DNA of 63,849 nucleotides, counting the filler, from Hausera hauseri (lineage: Eukaryota), in NCBI GenBank assembly GCA_046269625.1. It is 12 parts of 12 records of this genome, joined end to end, with 100 filler letters (N's around TTAATTAATTAA, not from the genome) between each part and the next. Parts side by side here need not be neighbours in the genome. Positions count along the whole stretch, not along the records: positions 59,548 to 63,849 come from JBJURY010647108.1; 11 more parts are not named here. One strand, given 5' to 3'. Below are positions 62,541 through 63,849 of this stretch, in pieces; within the stretch, counting starts at the first letter, position 1, and each line of letters begins with the position of its first letter. Under the pieces are notes generated by a model. It was not told the DNA's origin, did not search any database, and was given only the letters and a program-made list of their open reading frames with translations. A program made the position numbers and the translations under genes.

Positions 62541-63849
62541 GTCGACGATGTTACAAAGCATAGCTGAGTTTAGCTGACTGCAGACGGAGGGCGCCGTGTC
62601 ACTTCTGGTTATACACATTTCAAAATAACTTCCACTCACCCATCCATCCTTATTTCCTTCAATCAAAACTTTCTTCTTAAAACTGTCCTCGCCAGTAAAA
62701 TAAGCTTACTATGCCTTCAGACATAAGTTATTTACCATCTAATGACTATGTCTGTTCTATAAATACTCTCAGTTAAAGATTATGGAAGCATAGTATTTAT
62801 CTGTTAAGTTAATTTATAGGAAAATAAATCAGCCAATAAAGTGTACATATGTGATGTTGTTTTATATGATTTCATTAATAAATGACCGCATTTGTTGATG
62901 GGTCAAATTTAAATGACGTCTCATGTCACCACTTATTCAAAGAACACAGAATGTTTGTTTAATCCTGAAAAATGAATAGAATCCGTGTTTAAATAATCAA
63001 TTAATATTCTTTGGACTTGAATTAGTCTCAGAATAATTAATTAAGGTGTAATTAGACCCTGCTGTCTTGTTACACATAAATTCTGAAAATGTACTTTTTA
63101 AGCTTAGGTATAGATGAGACACTAATCACTGCAGTTAGCTGCAGCTAGCAGAGCCTACAGAAACACAATTTACATGTTAAAAAGTTTTGAAATCATTGGA
63201 AATTAGTTGTTAATTATACTTTAGGTCTAGTTTACATCATCATTAGCCTTCTATAACATCTAGCTGTTTTACATGATTGTTGTATGAAATTAACATTAAT
63301 TATTAATTAAATTAGTTTTTATAAAGATATTAAAATAATTTGACACAGATCCAGTTGTACTTGCTGTTAATTCAACAGTTGCCCGTTTAAAAAACCACCT
63401 TAGCTTCTCCACGACATCACAAATGTAAACAATGCACTTGATGTGTGGAGGTCGGGCAAGATGGCGACCGAGACTGACTCAAATTTCAGTGGTTGTGTTG
63501 GAAAACGTGATTCAGTTCAGGATTATTGATGGTAGATATTTTGAATGTTATGCATCCAAATATTTGATCATTTCACCTCCACTGATGTTTGACTTGATGC
63601 TACATGTATTTGTATTAAAAACATGCACATATTTCCATTCACTTAAAGATATTGCTGTGAATAAATGATTTGAATAAAATCACATGTCTTATATGTGTAA
63701 TTTAAGGTAATTTCTATATCAGATTTTACTGAATTAACAAAAATAATTCAACATAATGTTATAGATACATTAATTAATTCTTGAATTTTTGCATTTAATG
63801 CTTTACTTTGTAATTCATCAATTTATTTATAATAAAAATTTTAAAATTA

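Overview
This is not one locus. It is 12 short eukaryotic contigs (4-10 kb) joined by 11 identical artificial 100-bp linkers (44 N + TTAATTAATTAA + 44 N). Two genomes appear mixed. One is an AT-rich, transposon-rich animal with very short (39-43 nt) GT-AG introns, probably a fish parasite (inference). The other is teleost-like DNA (TSC2 exons, an E2F4-like exon, hAT, THAP-DDE and Penelope remnants). Most coding-like sequence is decayed mobile DNA: four pieces of a CsRn1-clade Ty3/Gypsy family (three with a doubled CHCC Gag motif), two Maverick/Polinton pPolB fragments, a mariner, a Penelope RT, other gag fragments, and a 4.7-kb (TTCG)n satellite with a ~2.7-kb higher-order period. Cellular gene pieces are PDX1, FKBP6/shutdown, PDE7, NUP210, a possible adhesion GPCR, a possible MATH protein and an apparently intact MAP3K-like kinase. 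The best candidate for an undescribed system is an element seen as two divergent copies (11283-16160 and 31676-35300, minus strand). It runs: CCHC Gag, then a ~1200-aa accessory region with coiled coils, a ubiquitin-like domain and an AT-hook, then a chuvirus/herpes-gB-type envelope glycoprotein, with no RT/RNase H/integrase between gag and env. All homology calls come from manual translation and motif recognition; no database search was run.
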